Shown here piece by piece: positions 19,309 to 31,000 of a stretch of 64,000 bases of DNA. The position numbers were made by a program, and so were the translations under genes. The notes beneath the pieces were generated by a model. That model saw only the letters and a list, made by a program, of their open reading frames with translations, was not told the origin of the DNA and searched no databases. Every line of letters starts with the position of its first letter. The stretch's first letter is position 1. Origin of the DNA: Macrostomum lignano (Eukaryota); assembly GCA_002269645.1 (NCBI GenBank), contig NIVC01003267.1, forward strand, positions 44,158 through 108,157, in the 5' to 3' direction.

Positions 19309-21867
19309 CACGAATAGTTATGAACTTTCATCTTACGAGTTTTACGGTTTTTATGATTTTATAATAAGATTCTGAGGTTAAGGCATTATGCCAACAATTG
19401 TTAATATTAACTTTGGCATGAAGGTTGGAGTTGGCATACGCTGCTTGGCGTATTTATGCCACGGCATTACGCCAAGAGGTATGCCAAATATATTTTGCCT
19501 CATTTTTTACACCAATTGTACGCAAAAAAGTAAAATTTTCAATTGTTCGCCGGATATTTCTGGCATAATTTACATCATCCTAACTATGATTGTAGACTTG
19601 AGGTTGACTTAAAACAAAATATGCATAAAATGAAGCAAAGTTTAAAATAATTGTTTGCCTAAATTTTAAAAATAAATTAAATTAAATTAAATTATGGGTT
19701 GGATTAAGAGTCAGAATGATATTTATACTCTTGCAATTGTATTTAATAATCACTTGGAATAATAGTTGGAATATTCCAACTTGTAATTTAACTGCATTAC
19801 AAGTCAGAATAATGGTTGGATTATTCCAAGTTGGACAAAGTTCAAAAGGTATATTAAATATTTAAGAAATATTATGGGCCTACCTAATTACCTGATTAAA
19901 AAATGACAAGATGAAAAGAAAAATCATAGGCCTATTATATCTGTTCCAAGTTATATTACAATTTATATTTACCTTTTATTGGAATACCACTCATTTCTAA
20001 ACAAGATAAACTGTAAATTTATTGGTATATAAATTACAGGAGCTGATGTTGATTGAGACTATAACAAAAAGATTTTTCTGATTGCAGCTTTTTTAAAAAA
20101 AACAATAATCATATGCTGCAGACGATTGACTAGTTAAAGTCATTCGCCCTAGCCTTGCGAATTAAACTACTATTCTATTTATCATCTCTGAGTCTGAGGC
20201 ATTAGCTCTGCGAACATCAACAGCAAATTATGAAGTGAAATTATTTAATTTAATTATCTGTAAAGATATAATGCATCTATTCACGATATGAAGCTAACTT
20301 TCAAAAAATCGAGTAATCGTGCATCGGTGGATAAAGCCGGTGGCCGGAGGAGCCTTGCTCGATCGGCATCTCGACAAAAAGCTGTTTTAAAATAATAATA
20401 ATATGCTAACACTGTAAAACAACAAATCCAGTAATTTTACGTGTAAAAAGTAATAAATATATAGCAATTTAAGCTAAATTGATATTCTTAGGTTTATTTC
20501 ATTTAAAAGAATTATTTTTAAAAATTTCATGTAAGCTGCACAAACAAATCAAACCAATTTGAAAAAACACTTTGCCGGAGTGCCCTGGGCACTACTTAAT
20601 GCAAGTTGTGCATTAGGTTCCCAGTCATTTCGTCATCTGCCATTTTGTCATCTGGGTGTCTGGGGTGCTCACCTCGACTTTGGTCACTTCGTCATCTCAA
20701 TTAGCATGCACTACCTGAAGAGAGTCATTTTTGTCTTCACCAATCATATTAGTTCCAACTTCAAGTGAATCAAGTTATTATTTTTCAAGCTACTTTGCTT
20801 CTGGTCACTTCGTCATCCGATATGACGAAATGGAATATGACGATCTGACCAGTGGCCGTGACCGTTTTATGTGATTTTTATACTCATGTTCAGGGTCAAA
20901 TGTCAGGTTGTGATTGTGAAATAATGAATACTAATGGATTTCAGGAAATGGAATTCCAGTGACAGGAGTTCTTCCCCTTTCTTCTCCAATAGAAGAGTTG
21001 GCCTTGTATATATCTAAAGCTGAGTAGATTGATCAATCAATCAACTGGCCAGGTTTAATGTGTATCTCCTCCTCAATGGCCAGCAACTCAAATGCGGGAC
21101 TTAAATATATCAATGCAGAATACAACAAATAGGCTATTTTAATGTTGAAAAGTAAAATGTTTAAGTTTGTTAAAAAAGCAAAAAGCACTTTTGGCCACTT
21201 TTTCTACTCTAAACTGAAAATTTGCATCAATTTTGAGTGATTGTGCCACAACTTTTTCTTATCTCAGCAGTGCATTGTCTCCATTAAAGGAATGGTAGCA
21301 TTCTTAGTGGCTGCGTATATACATTCTATGATTCTAACCCTGGCTGACTAGTAGACTGTATAAACAATTGCTAAATTTATAATTTTCATTCAATTGTGCA
21401 TTGGCTAATTATGCATATTTTGTAGAGTGGTAGGCAGGAAGCGCAATAAAATGGCAACTTTGTTGAGATTCAATTGCTTTTTTATTGGCACCTTTCAATA
21501 AGCCCTAGCTATGCAATGAAATTCAATAAAAAAACTTATGAGCCTACAATACATACAGTACACTTGATGCTTCAATGCTTTAAAATTGGGAAATTTCAAA
21601 TGCTAACTCACACTTTTCCTCAAGTTTTAAACCTTGAGAAAAAAGACTTGCTAGAAAAATCAAACATTGCAATGTTGAGTTGGGAGATATAAGTTGTTTG
21701 CTTTAATTATGAAAACAGAAAGCACATCATTCAAAATACAATTTATATATTTTTATCTTTCTGCAAAGATTATACTCATTTTGCAAGACGTAATAGATAA
21801 ATGTGGAAGGTTCGATTTCTAATTGCCACTGTGTATTGGAAGGGGGTCAATTGCTATATATTGGAAG

Positions 21868-22877
21868 GGGTCTATGAAATTTGCTTGTGAGAAGTTTGCT
21901 TGCAGAAATTTGCTTGCCAAAGTCTACTTGCCAAACTTTGCTTGCCAAATTTTGCTTGCTAAACTTTGCTTGCCAAACTTTGCTTGTAGAAATTTTGCTT
22001 GCCAAGATTTGCCAGCCACAGTTTTCTTATGGAACCTTAAAGAACCTATTATTGAGCTCTTGTATTTCTAATTTTTATTTTCTAAGATTCGTGGAAGTTG
22101 TATATATAGTGTTATGATTTTGTATAAGGATATGGAAGATTTAAAAAGCCCTAATATAGAAATGTAATAATTTAGTTTTTTACTGGGAATGTATTTTGTA
22201 ACAAAAATTGAACACAATTTCAAAGAATGCACATATTGAATGATTTTGGCAGCAAAATGTATAGAATAGTTTTTTCAAATGAACATATATTGTACATCAA
22301 TGTACATCATTTCTATATACTAAGGGCCTGTTCTATAAAGCCATGGTAAGATAAGATCATTCTAAGCTCCTATCTCTGTAGTGTAGAAGTTCCGATGTAC
22401 AATCAAACTTACGCTATGACAGCTTTATAGTACAACCCCTAAATTCTTAGAATGAAACTCTATAAGTCTAGTTTGAAAGCTCAGTGTCAAGTCAGTTTAT
22501 GTCAATGCTAATAAGAATCCACTTGCAAAGCATCTGTAGTAAATAATAAATGATAGACCAACTTCACAAGCAATCAAAACAAGCAAGCAGACAAGAAAAA
22601 ATTATAATTCACCAAATTAAAACCTTGCAATTGTGATTACGAATTTCTAGGAAGCAGACATCAAAATTCCGCAAGCAAATTTCTGCAAGCAAACTTTGGC
22701 AAGCAGATTTCCTGTAAGCAAATTTCTTGCAAGCAAACTTTGGCAAGCAAAATTTGGCAAGCAAAGTTTGGCAAGCAAAGTTCGGCTAGCAAAATTCTGC
22801 AAGCAAAGCTCGGCAAGCAAAGTTCAGCAAGCAAAATTCCTGCAAGCAAACTTTCCGCAAGCAAACGTTATACTCCC
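21868..22877. mobile_element. MULE/foldback-like element with inverted ~15-bp arrays (TTTGCTTGC / GCAAGCAAA) and a perfect 9-bp TSD TATTGGAAG
   Basis: GGG…CCC ends. TSD at 21859-67 and 22878-86. Arrays at ~21878-22015 and ~22665-22866. Confidence 0.85.
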
Positions 22878-24219
22878 TATTGGAAGGTTGATTTAGATTG
22901 CATAACCATTTTGTTAACTTTAACTGAGACCGATACTGTTTGACTGATATTGGTTTATTGGTTCAATTTTTTTAGTATTGGTGCCTTGTAATAGGCAGCT
23001 CTGTGTATCTCTAACACTAACCCTAACCAGTGATTTTAATTTCAATTTATTAGTATTGATTGGCAGTGATGATACTGTTAGATGCCATTTAACAAAGGGA
23101 ATTTTGATAGAATTCAGTTTCATAAAGAGAATTTGATGAAGTTCTATTTCACAGAGAGGATTTCTATTTTGCAGAGACAATTTGGAAGATAGAATTCCAA
23201 TCATGAGATTCAGCTGATAGATTTCAGGGAATGGAATTCTGGTGATGGGAGTTTTAACCCCTTCTTTTCCAATGGAATAGTTGGCCTTGTATATATATTA
23301 GTAGTATATAGTAAAGTATGCATATATATTATTGTACATGCTTTACTATGAAATATCTAAATCTAAAATAAATCATCATTGCAAAAGCTCCCATTAAGAC
23401 TAGAACTATTTAGAGTTCTGAGTGCTATAACCTCATGTATATTATAGGCTTGAACATTGAATAGCTAACAAAATGACTTAATTGGCAGATATAACAGCTT
23501 TATATAAATATCATCAGACAAAAAATGACAGACCAAATATAGTAAATAAAAATAAAACTACTATCAATTATTTTTTATTAGCTTGGTTGACAAACTTTTC
23601 TAAGTACTTGGATTTTTTGATAAAATTTTCAAAAACAATAAAATTGCTCTATCAACCATAAAATAATAATGTTTATAAGGGAAATTGCTAAGATGTCAAG
23701 GCTCATAGGGAAATTGCTACAATTCTATAGCTCAAAAAGAATTGCAAAGATGTCAAGGTTCATATAGGTATTACTAAAATGCTATGGCTTAGATGTATTG
23801 CTTAGATGATTTAAGCCAAAGCTCAGAAAGGATTTAATATCTTAGATTAAATAACTCTCTTTTAAGGTTAAATGCTTTCATTTTAAACATCAATTTATTT
23901 ACATTATTTATAATAGTGTTAACTATAAGAGAAAATCTATATATAGTTTATTAAATTTTTTCTTTGTTTTTTGTTTAATAGTACCAATAATAAAAGTGGG
24001 ACACAGGGTCCAAACCAATATATTTATAGGACATTAATGTAGGGTTAATCCAGATTTCTAGTTCAATGGCCAAACTAAAGATAAGACCAATAGTCAGAAA
24101 AGTGGCCTTTGTCACAGAAAATTCTAGAACATAGGGGTTTCTTAGAGCATGTAAATTATAATTATTTGAAATTTTCAAACTTTAATTTTAATATTTTACT
24201 TTGATTCATACTTAAAAAA

Positions 24220-26966
24220 TAGCATATTAATTATACATAGTTTGTCCCTTGAAATTTATTCTAGTATATACTGTGCCACCTTTTTGACTATAAGATAAAG
24301 AAATATTACAAACAACCTAGCATATTAATTATACATAGTTTGTCCCTTGAAATTTATTCTAGTATATACTGTGCCGCCTTTTTGACTATAAGATAAAGAA
24401 ATATTACAAACAACCTAGCATATTAATTATACATAGTTTGTCCCTTGAAATTTATTCTAGTATACACTGTGCCACCTTTTTGACTATAAGATAAAGAAAT
24501 ATTACAAACAACCTAGCATATTAATTATACATAGTTTGTCCCTTGAAATTTATTCTAGTATACACTGTGTCGCCTTTTTGACTATAAGATAAAGAAATAT
24601 TACAAACAACCTAGCATATTAATTATACATAGTTTGTCCCTTGAAATTTATTCTAGTATATACTGTGCCGCCTTTTTGACTATAAGATAAAGAAATATTA
24701 CAAACAACCTAGCATATTAATTATACATAGTTTGTCCCTTGAAATTTATTCTAGTATACACTGTGCCACCTTTTTGACTATAAGATAAAGAAATATTACA
24801 AACAACCTAGCATATTAATTATACATAGTTTATCCCTTGAAATTTATTCTAGTATATACTGTGCCGCCTTTTTGACTATAAGATAAAGAAATATTACAAA
24901 CAACCTAGCATATTAATTATACATAGTTTATCCCTTGAAATTTATTCTAGTATATACTGTGCCACCTTTTTGACTATAAGATAAAGAAATATTACAAACA
25001 ACCTAGCATATTAATTATACATAGTTTGTCCCTTGAAATTTATTCTAGTATATACTGTGCCACCTTTTTGACTATAAGATAAAGAAATATTACAAACAAC
25101 CTAGCATATTAATTATACATAGTTTGTCCCTTGAAATTTATTCTAGTATATACTGTGCCGCCTTTTTGACTATAAGATAAAGAAATATTACAAACAACCT
25201 AGCATATTAATTATACATAGTTTGTCCCTTGAAATTTATTCTAGTATATACTGTGCCGCCTTTTTGACTATAAGATAAAGAAATATTACAAACAACCTAG
25301 CATATTAATTATACATAGTTTGTCCCTTGAAATTTATTCTAGTATATACTGTGCCGCCTTTTTGACTATAAGATAAAGAAATATTACAAACAACCTAGCA
25401 TATTAATTATACATAGTTTGTCCCTTGAAATTTATTCTAGTATATACTGTGCCGCCTTTTTGACTATAAGATAAAGAAATATTACAAACAACCTAGCATA
25501 TTAATTATACATAGTTTGTCCCTTGAAATTTATTCTAGTATATACTGTGCCGCCTTTTTGACTATAAGATAAAGAAATATTACAAACAACCTAGCATATT
25601 AATTATACATAGTTTGTCCCTTGAAATTTATTCTAGTATATACTGTGCCGCCTTTTTGACTATAAGATAAAGAAATATTACAAACAACCTAGCATATTAA
25701 TTATACATAGTTTGTCCCTTGAAATTTATTCTAGTATACACTGTGCCACCTTTTTGACTATAAGATAAAGAAATATTACAAACAACCTAGCATATTAATT
25801 ATACATAGTTTGTCCCTTGAAATTTATTCTAGTATATACTGTGCCACCTTTTTGACTATAAGATAAAGAAATATTACAAACAACCTAGCATATTAATTAT
25901 ACATAGTTTGTCCCTTGAAATTTATTCTAGTATATACTGTGCCGCCTTTTTGACTATAAGATAAAGAAATATTACAAACAACCTAGCATATTAATTATAC
26001 ATAGTTTGTCCCTTGAAATTTATTCTAGTATATACTGTGCCGCCTTTTTGACTATAAGATAAAGAAATATTACAAACAACCTAGCATATTAATTATACAT
26101 AGTTTGTCCCTTGAAATTTATTCTAGTATATACTGTGCCGCCTTTTTGACTATAAGATAAAGAAATATTACAAACAACCTAGCATATTAATTATACATAG
26201 TTTGTCCCTTGAAATTTATTCTAGTATATACTGTGCCGCCTTTTTGACTATAAGATAAAGAAATATTACAAACAACCTAGCATATTAATTATACATAGTT
26301 TGTCCCTTGAAATTTATTCTAGTATATACTGTGCCACCTTTTTGACTATAAGATAAAGAAATATTACAAACAACCTAGCATATTAATTATACATAGTTTG
26401 TCCCTTGAAATTTATTCTAGTATATACTGTGCCGCCTTTTTGACTATAAGATAAAGAAATATTACAAACAACCTAGCATATTAATTATACATAGTTTGTC
26501 CCTTGAAATTTATTCTAGTATATACTGTGCCGCCTTTTTGACTATAAGATAAAGAAATATTACAAACAACCTAGCATATTAATTATACATAGTTTGTCCC
26601 TTGAAATTTATTCTAGTATATACTGTGCCGCCTTTTTGACTATAAGATAAAGAAATATTACAAACAACCTAGCATATTAATTATACATAGTTTGTCCCTT
26701 GAAATTTATTCTAGTATATACTGTGCCGCCTTTTTGACTATAAGATAAAGAAATATTACAAACAACCTAGCATATTAATTATACATAGTTTGTCCCTTGA
26801 AATTTATTCTAGTATATACTGTGCCGCCTTTTTGACTATAAGATAAAGAAATATTACAAACAACCTAGCATATTAATTATACATAGTTTGTCCCTTGAAA
26901 TTTATTCTAGTATATACTGTGCCACCTTTTTGACTATAAGATAAAGAAATATTACAAACAACCTAG
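24220..26966. repeat. AT-rich 98-bp satellite, 28 near-identical copies
   Basis: AGCATATTAA recurs at 24221, 24319, 24417…; the array ends at 26965-66 (2744/98 = 28). Variation is limited to a few sites (GTGCC[G/A]CC, AGTATA[T/C]AC, TTT[G/A]TCCC). Confidence 0.98.
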
Positions 26967-27494
26967 TATCTGGGCTTTTCTAGCAATAAGATGAAAGGTT
27001 GCATCTAAGGTCCAATTTCAATATGAAATTTGGAAAGTTAGGATATTAAATATCATCCTTATTACATAAAAAATAAAGACTAGTATCTGTATACTTATCT
27101 ATAATTGAAACTATGTATATTAGCTAGATCTTCCTATTATAATGCATAGCTCAACTGTGCTAGACACCTATTTGAACTGCACCATGCCTATGGATGGAGG
27201 GTTAGCACTTTGTGCTTTCTATGCATTTCAAAAAATTAGACTTTAAATTACCAACAAATAAACTAGAATGATAATTAGAAGTAGAACATGACTATGTTTC
27301 TATATTTAAAGCCTTGGTCTTAATTAAAAACTAGAATCCCAAATGTGAATTAATTCAGTATTTTTCTACACTAATGCAGTAATGCACCTGTTATTTAAAG
27401 AAACTTAAATTATCTATAAATACAATAACTGTTGCCATTTTACCCTTCTGAAATGTCTCATTAATTACACCATTACCCTGTGTCTCCGAACTGT

Positions 27495-27510
27495 CTTGTC
27501 ACGTGACAAG
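27495..27510. promoter_or_regulatory. Perfect 16-bp palindrome CTTGTCACGTGACAAG (E-box/TCACGTGA core) 50 bp upstream of the rps29 ATG
   Basis: Self-reverse-complementary as read. A regulatory role is inferred only. Confidence 0.35.
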
Positions 27511-27560
27511 TGCATTAAAATGAGAATCGCACATGCACTCATGCCCAGCAAAGCCTGACA

Positions 27561-27728
27561 ATGCCGTTCTCATCTATCTGGCACGCTCACCCCAAGAAGT
27601 ACGGACCTGGCAGCCGCTGCTGCCGCGTCTGCTCCAACAGGCACGGCATCATCCGCAAGTACGGCCTCAGCGTGTGCCGCCAGTGCTTCCGCCAATACGC
27701 GGAGACGATCGGGTTCAAGAAGGACTGA
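27561..27728 (+). CDS. rps29: 40S ribosomal protein S29 (uS14), 55 aa, intronless CDS
   Basis: Manual translation [55 protein letters not shown]. Zn ligands C21/C24/C39/C42 are retained. AATAAA at 27807-12. It is below the 60-aa cutoff of the ORF track. Confidence 0.95.
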   Translation: MPFSSIWHAHPKKYGPGSRCCRVCSNRHGIIRKYGLSVCRQCFRQYAETIGFKKD

Positions 27729-28002
27729 TCCAGCTGCCCCATCTGCTGTGTACTGCAATGCCTGTCACTGACTGTCTGCCCGTCTGCGTTGATGAATGAA
27801 GATTGAAATAAACGCTGGTTAAGCTTTGATGTGTTGGGCGCGAGCTGCGGCTCTTGGAAATGACGCTCTTGGATTGTCTTTGTTTCATTTCAACTGGGTA
27901 GCAGCTTGCTAAACAGTATGGAAGGGCCAAGTTTTAGGCTTTTTAAGACTGCATTGCACTGAATTGGCTTTTGATTGGGCTGCTTTGCTTTGCAGTTTCA
28001 TG

Positions 28003-28225
28003 CTCTGCATTGCCCACCGTCACTCCCTCAGATCTCTGCATTGCCCACTGTCACTCCCTCAGATCTCTGCATTGCCCACTGTCACTCCCTCAGATGCTCT
28101 GCATTGCCCACGGTCACTCCCTCAGATGCTCTGCATTGCCCAGGGTCACTCCCTCAGATGCTCTGCATTGCCCAGGGTCACTCCCTCAGATGCTCTGCAT
28201 TGCCCAGGGTCACTCCCTCAGATGC
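28003..28225. repeat. 30/32-bp minisatellite CTCTGCATTGCCCA(G/C)GGTCACTCCCTCAGA(TG), ~7 copies
   Basis: Read directly. Confidence 0.93.
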
Positions 28226-29406
28226 TCAGGGTTTTCGAGCTGCCGCAGCAGCAGATGCAGCCTAAGGCCCAGCTTGGACCACCCAGCAATAGCTGAGCGC
28301 CCTCCCAGTGCGAGTCTGCAGTGGCCATAGGCCAGCCGTGTCAACACTGGCTGCCGTTTGCTGTTTGCCGACGGCCCACCCCGCCTCCGCCAAGGCTGCG
28401 GGCTCCCCTGTCGCTGATGCCGGCGCTTTGAGGCTGCCTGCTGCTCCTTAGTCAAACAGCTCAGCTTTTTATCTTAAACCCCGATTATGCTCAGCTGTTT
28501 AGCCAGACCCGAGGGAGCCTGTGCAGTTCTGTTAGTTTCTAACATCGAATTTGTTGCCATGGATACCGATTCGCACTGACAATTGCGTTTGTCCCGAGTT
28601 GGTCCTAGATTTAAACTGCATCTCCATAGTAGCGCTTCAAGCATTTCACTTGCTACTCTATTTCCTTTGCTTTTGAACTTTTATTGCTAGCGAATCGGAC
28701 CAGTGCCAGCTGCTTGTGTGCGGCTGGGACTCAAATTAACTCCTTGCGCCAAGCCCAGCCTCCTTCATCCACTCCCGCTCATTCGCTGACAGTTTTCTGA
28801 CAGGCCGAGCTGGTTTAAGAGCCTCCCTCGGTGTGCAGCGAGTGAAAATAGAGACTGCCTGAGTAGGTCGATGGAGAAATGGCGTGAGAGCTCAGTTGCC
28901 TAGTGCCTGCGGGGTCTCAGTGTCTTTCTTACCCCCCCCCCCCCGACAGTCTTGAAGCCTCAGACCTGCCAACGTACAGTCCGCCCACCTCGCCATGGCT
29001 TGTGTGTGCTCACAGTGGCCACAATTGCCTGGCTGGAATGGAATAATAGAGCTGTGAGTCGCAGCCCCCCCCCTTCCCTCACTCTCGCGCCTCCTGCTTC
29101 TGACTCCGCTTTTTAATAAAAACACAGCAAAACAGCGCCTTGGCATCTCCTGTAGTGCAAATTGCCACGGGATTGTAAATTGCAGCATTTAGCGCGCAAT
29201 TAACAAATCCCAGCGATTAGACCGTCTGCGGTTTCCCCCACCTCCTGTCCTTCTGACGGTGGTGTACCCGTATCTGCTACCCAGCTAGCTACCGTCAGCA
29301 GCGGCAGCTCGCGCGACCGCCACGTCCGCCTCAGTGCAGTTCCGAGTGCTCCGAGTTTGCCATGGCAGTGTAAGACTTCTTTTCTCTGGTGGCACCCCAC
29401 TTTTCA

Positions 29407-29752
29407 GTGCCCCCCCCACATTGCCAGTACTGCACTAACTGTACGCAAGTGACCAATTTAGCTGAGCTCCAGTGCCCCCACATTGCCAGTACTGCACTAA
29501 CTGTACTCAAGTGGCCAATTTAGCTGAGCTCCAGTGCCCCCACATTGGCAGTACTGCACTAACTGTACGCAAGTGTTCAATTTAGCTGAGCTCCAGTGCC
29601 CCCACATTGGCAGTACTGCACTAACTGTACTCAAGTGGCCAATTTAGCTGAGCTCCAGTGCCCCCACATTGCCAGTACTGCACTAACTGTACTCAAGTGG
29701 CCAATTTAGCTGAGCTCCAGTGCCCCACATTGCCAGTACTGCACTAGCTGTA
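29407..29752. repeat. 62-bp minisatellite (…CATTGCCAGTACTGCACTAACTGTACTCAAGTGGCCAATTTAGCTGAGCTCCAGTGCCCC…), ~5.5 copies
   Basis: GCTGAGCTCC occurs at 29461, 29523, 29585, 29647 and 29709. Confidence 0.95.
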
Positions 29753-30019
29753 CGCAGCTCTTGGATGCTTGTAGTGGCTGTGTCGTCAGCTCCACGCCTA
29801 GCTTCTTAAATTGCAAGCGAAAGCTTTTTAAGAAAACATGCTATGTGAATTCCAGCCACGCGGTGGGCAGGACGCCAGCAGATCTGGAGGCGCCACTGTC
29901 TGTCCGCATGGGCCCGGACTCGCCCGCCACAACCGCGAGCTCCGCCTTTAGTTACCAGCAGAAACCGCTCTGGCTCAGCGAGCACCAGCATGAAGGGTGA
30001 GAGAAGACTCTGGGCTGCT

Positions 30020-31000
30020 ATCCTCCCAGATCCCCAGTGGCTGGAATGCCACTCCCAGATCCCAAGTGTCTGAGATGTCACTCTCCCAGATCCCCAGTGT
30101 CTGAGATGTCACTCCCAAATCCCCAGTGTCTGAGATGTCACTCTCCCAGATCCCCAGTGTCTAGGATGTCACTCCCCTCTGGTAAATAAAACAGATAACA
30201 CCGCAAGATAATTTGCGAATCTTGTCAGATTCACTACCGATTTCCTTGTTTGAGGTGCGAAACTGGTGAAACCACCAGATTCGTCACCAGGTAATTTTAG
30301 TGTTATCTGATTTGTCTGTTATCTGGTGAGTTATCTGAATTTCACCAGATAACATGGCCCGAATCTTGCTGAGTAATCAGATTACACGACAAGATTCACC
30401 ACCAGGTAATTTTTTGTTTTCTTGTTTGACTGTTATCTGGTGAGTTATCTGAAATTCGCAGGATAACATGGCGCGAATCTTGTTTGAAAGACAGATAACA
30501 GTACAAGATTCGCCACCAGATAATTCTCTGTTATCTTGTTTAATTGAATCTTGTTTGAATCGGAATTTCGCAGGATAACATGGCGCGAATCTTGTTTGAA
30601 AATCAGATAACAGTACAAGATCCCCAGTGTCTGAGATGTCACTCTCCCAGATCCCCAGTGTCTGAGATGTCACTCTCCCAGATCCCCAGTGTCTGAAATG
30701 TCACTCTCCCAGATCCCCAGTGTCTGAGATGTCACTCTCCCAGATCCCCAGTGTCTGAGATGTCACTCCCAAATCCCCAGTGTCTGAGATGTCACTCTCC
30801 CAGATCCCCAGTGTCTGGGATGTCACTCTCCCAGATCCCCAGTGTCTGAGATGTCACTCTCCCAGATCCCCAGTGTCTGAGATGTCACTCTCCCAGATCC
30901 CCAGTGTCTGAGATGTCACTCTCCCAGATCCCCAGTGTCTGAGATGTCACTCTCCCAGATCCCCAGTGTCTGGGATGTCACTCTCCCAGATCCCCTGTGT
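30020..31000. repeat. 31-bp minisatellite CAGATCCCCAGTGTCTGAGATGTCACTCTCC, interrupted by an unrelated ~440-bp GATAA-rich block (~30180-30620)
   Basis: Read directly. Confidence 0.93.

Larger units (their letters stand above)
17022..19589. mobile_element. CCATAGTCAGGA-family element, copy B, perfect 8-bp TSD TTGTAGAC, with nested insertions
   Basis: Ends CCATAGTCAGGATCATG / CATCATCCTAACTATGA. TTGTAGAC occurs at 17014-21 and 19590-97. Confidence 0.8.
15385..19851. mobile_element. Outer non-autonomous DNA transposon with ~90-bp TIRs, hosting five nested insertions
   Basis: TACCTTTTAAACTTTGTCTAACTTGGAATATTCCAACCATTATTCT… (15385-15475) is the reverse complement of …AGAATAATGGTTGGATTATTCCAAGTTGGACAAAGTTCAAAAGGTA (~19765-19851). 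The TSD is ambiguous (TA or TATTAAA). Confidence 0.7.

Noticed and set aside
20289-20396. 35-aa plus-strand ORF, or an SRPK exon 1 candidate on the minus strand (ATGCCGATCGAGCAAG)
   Set aside because: It would need a poor GC donor and has no homology. Left as unresolved.
20920-23300. ~100-bp direct repeats at ~20930-21020 and ~23215-23295 as possible LTRs
   Set aside because: They are diverged, lack TG…CA ends and enclose no retroviral coding sequence. They are more likely two fragments of one dispersed repeat.
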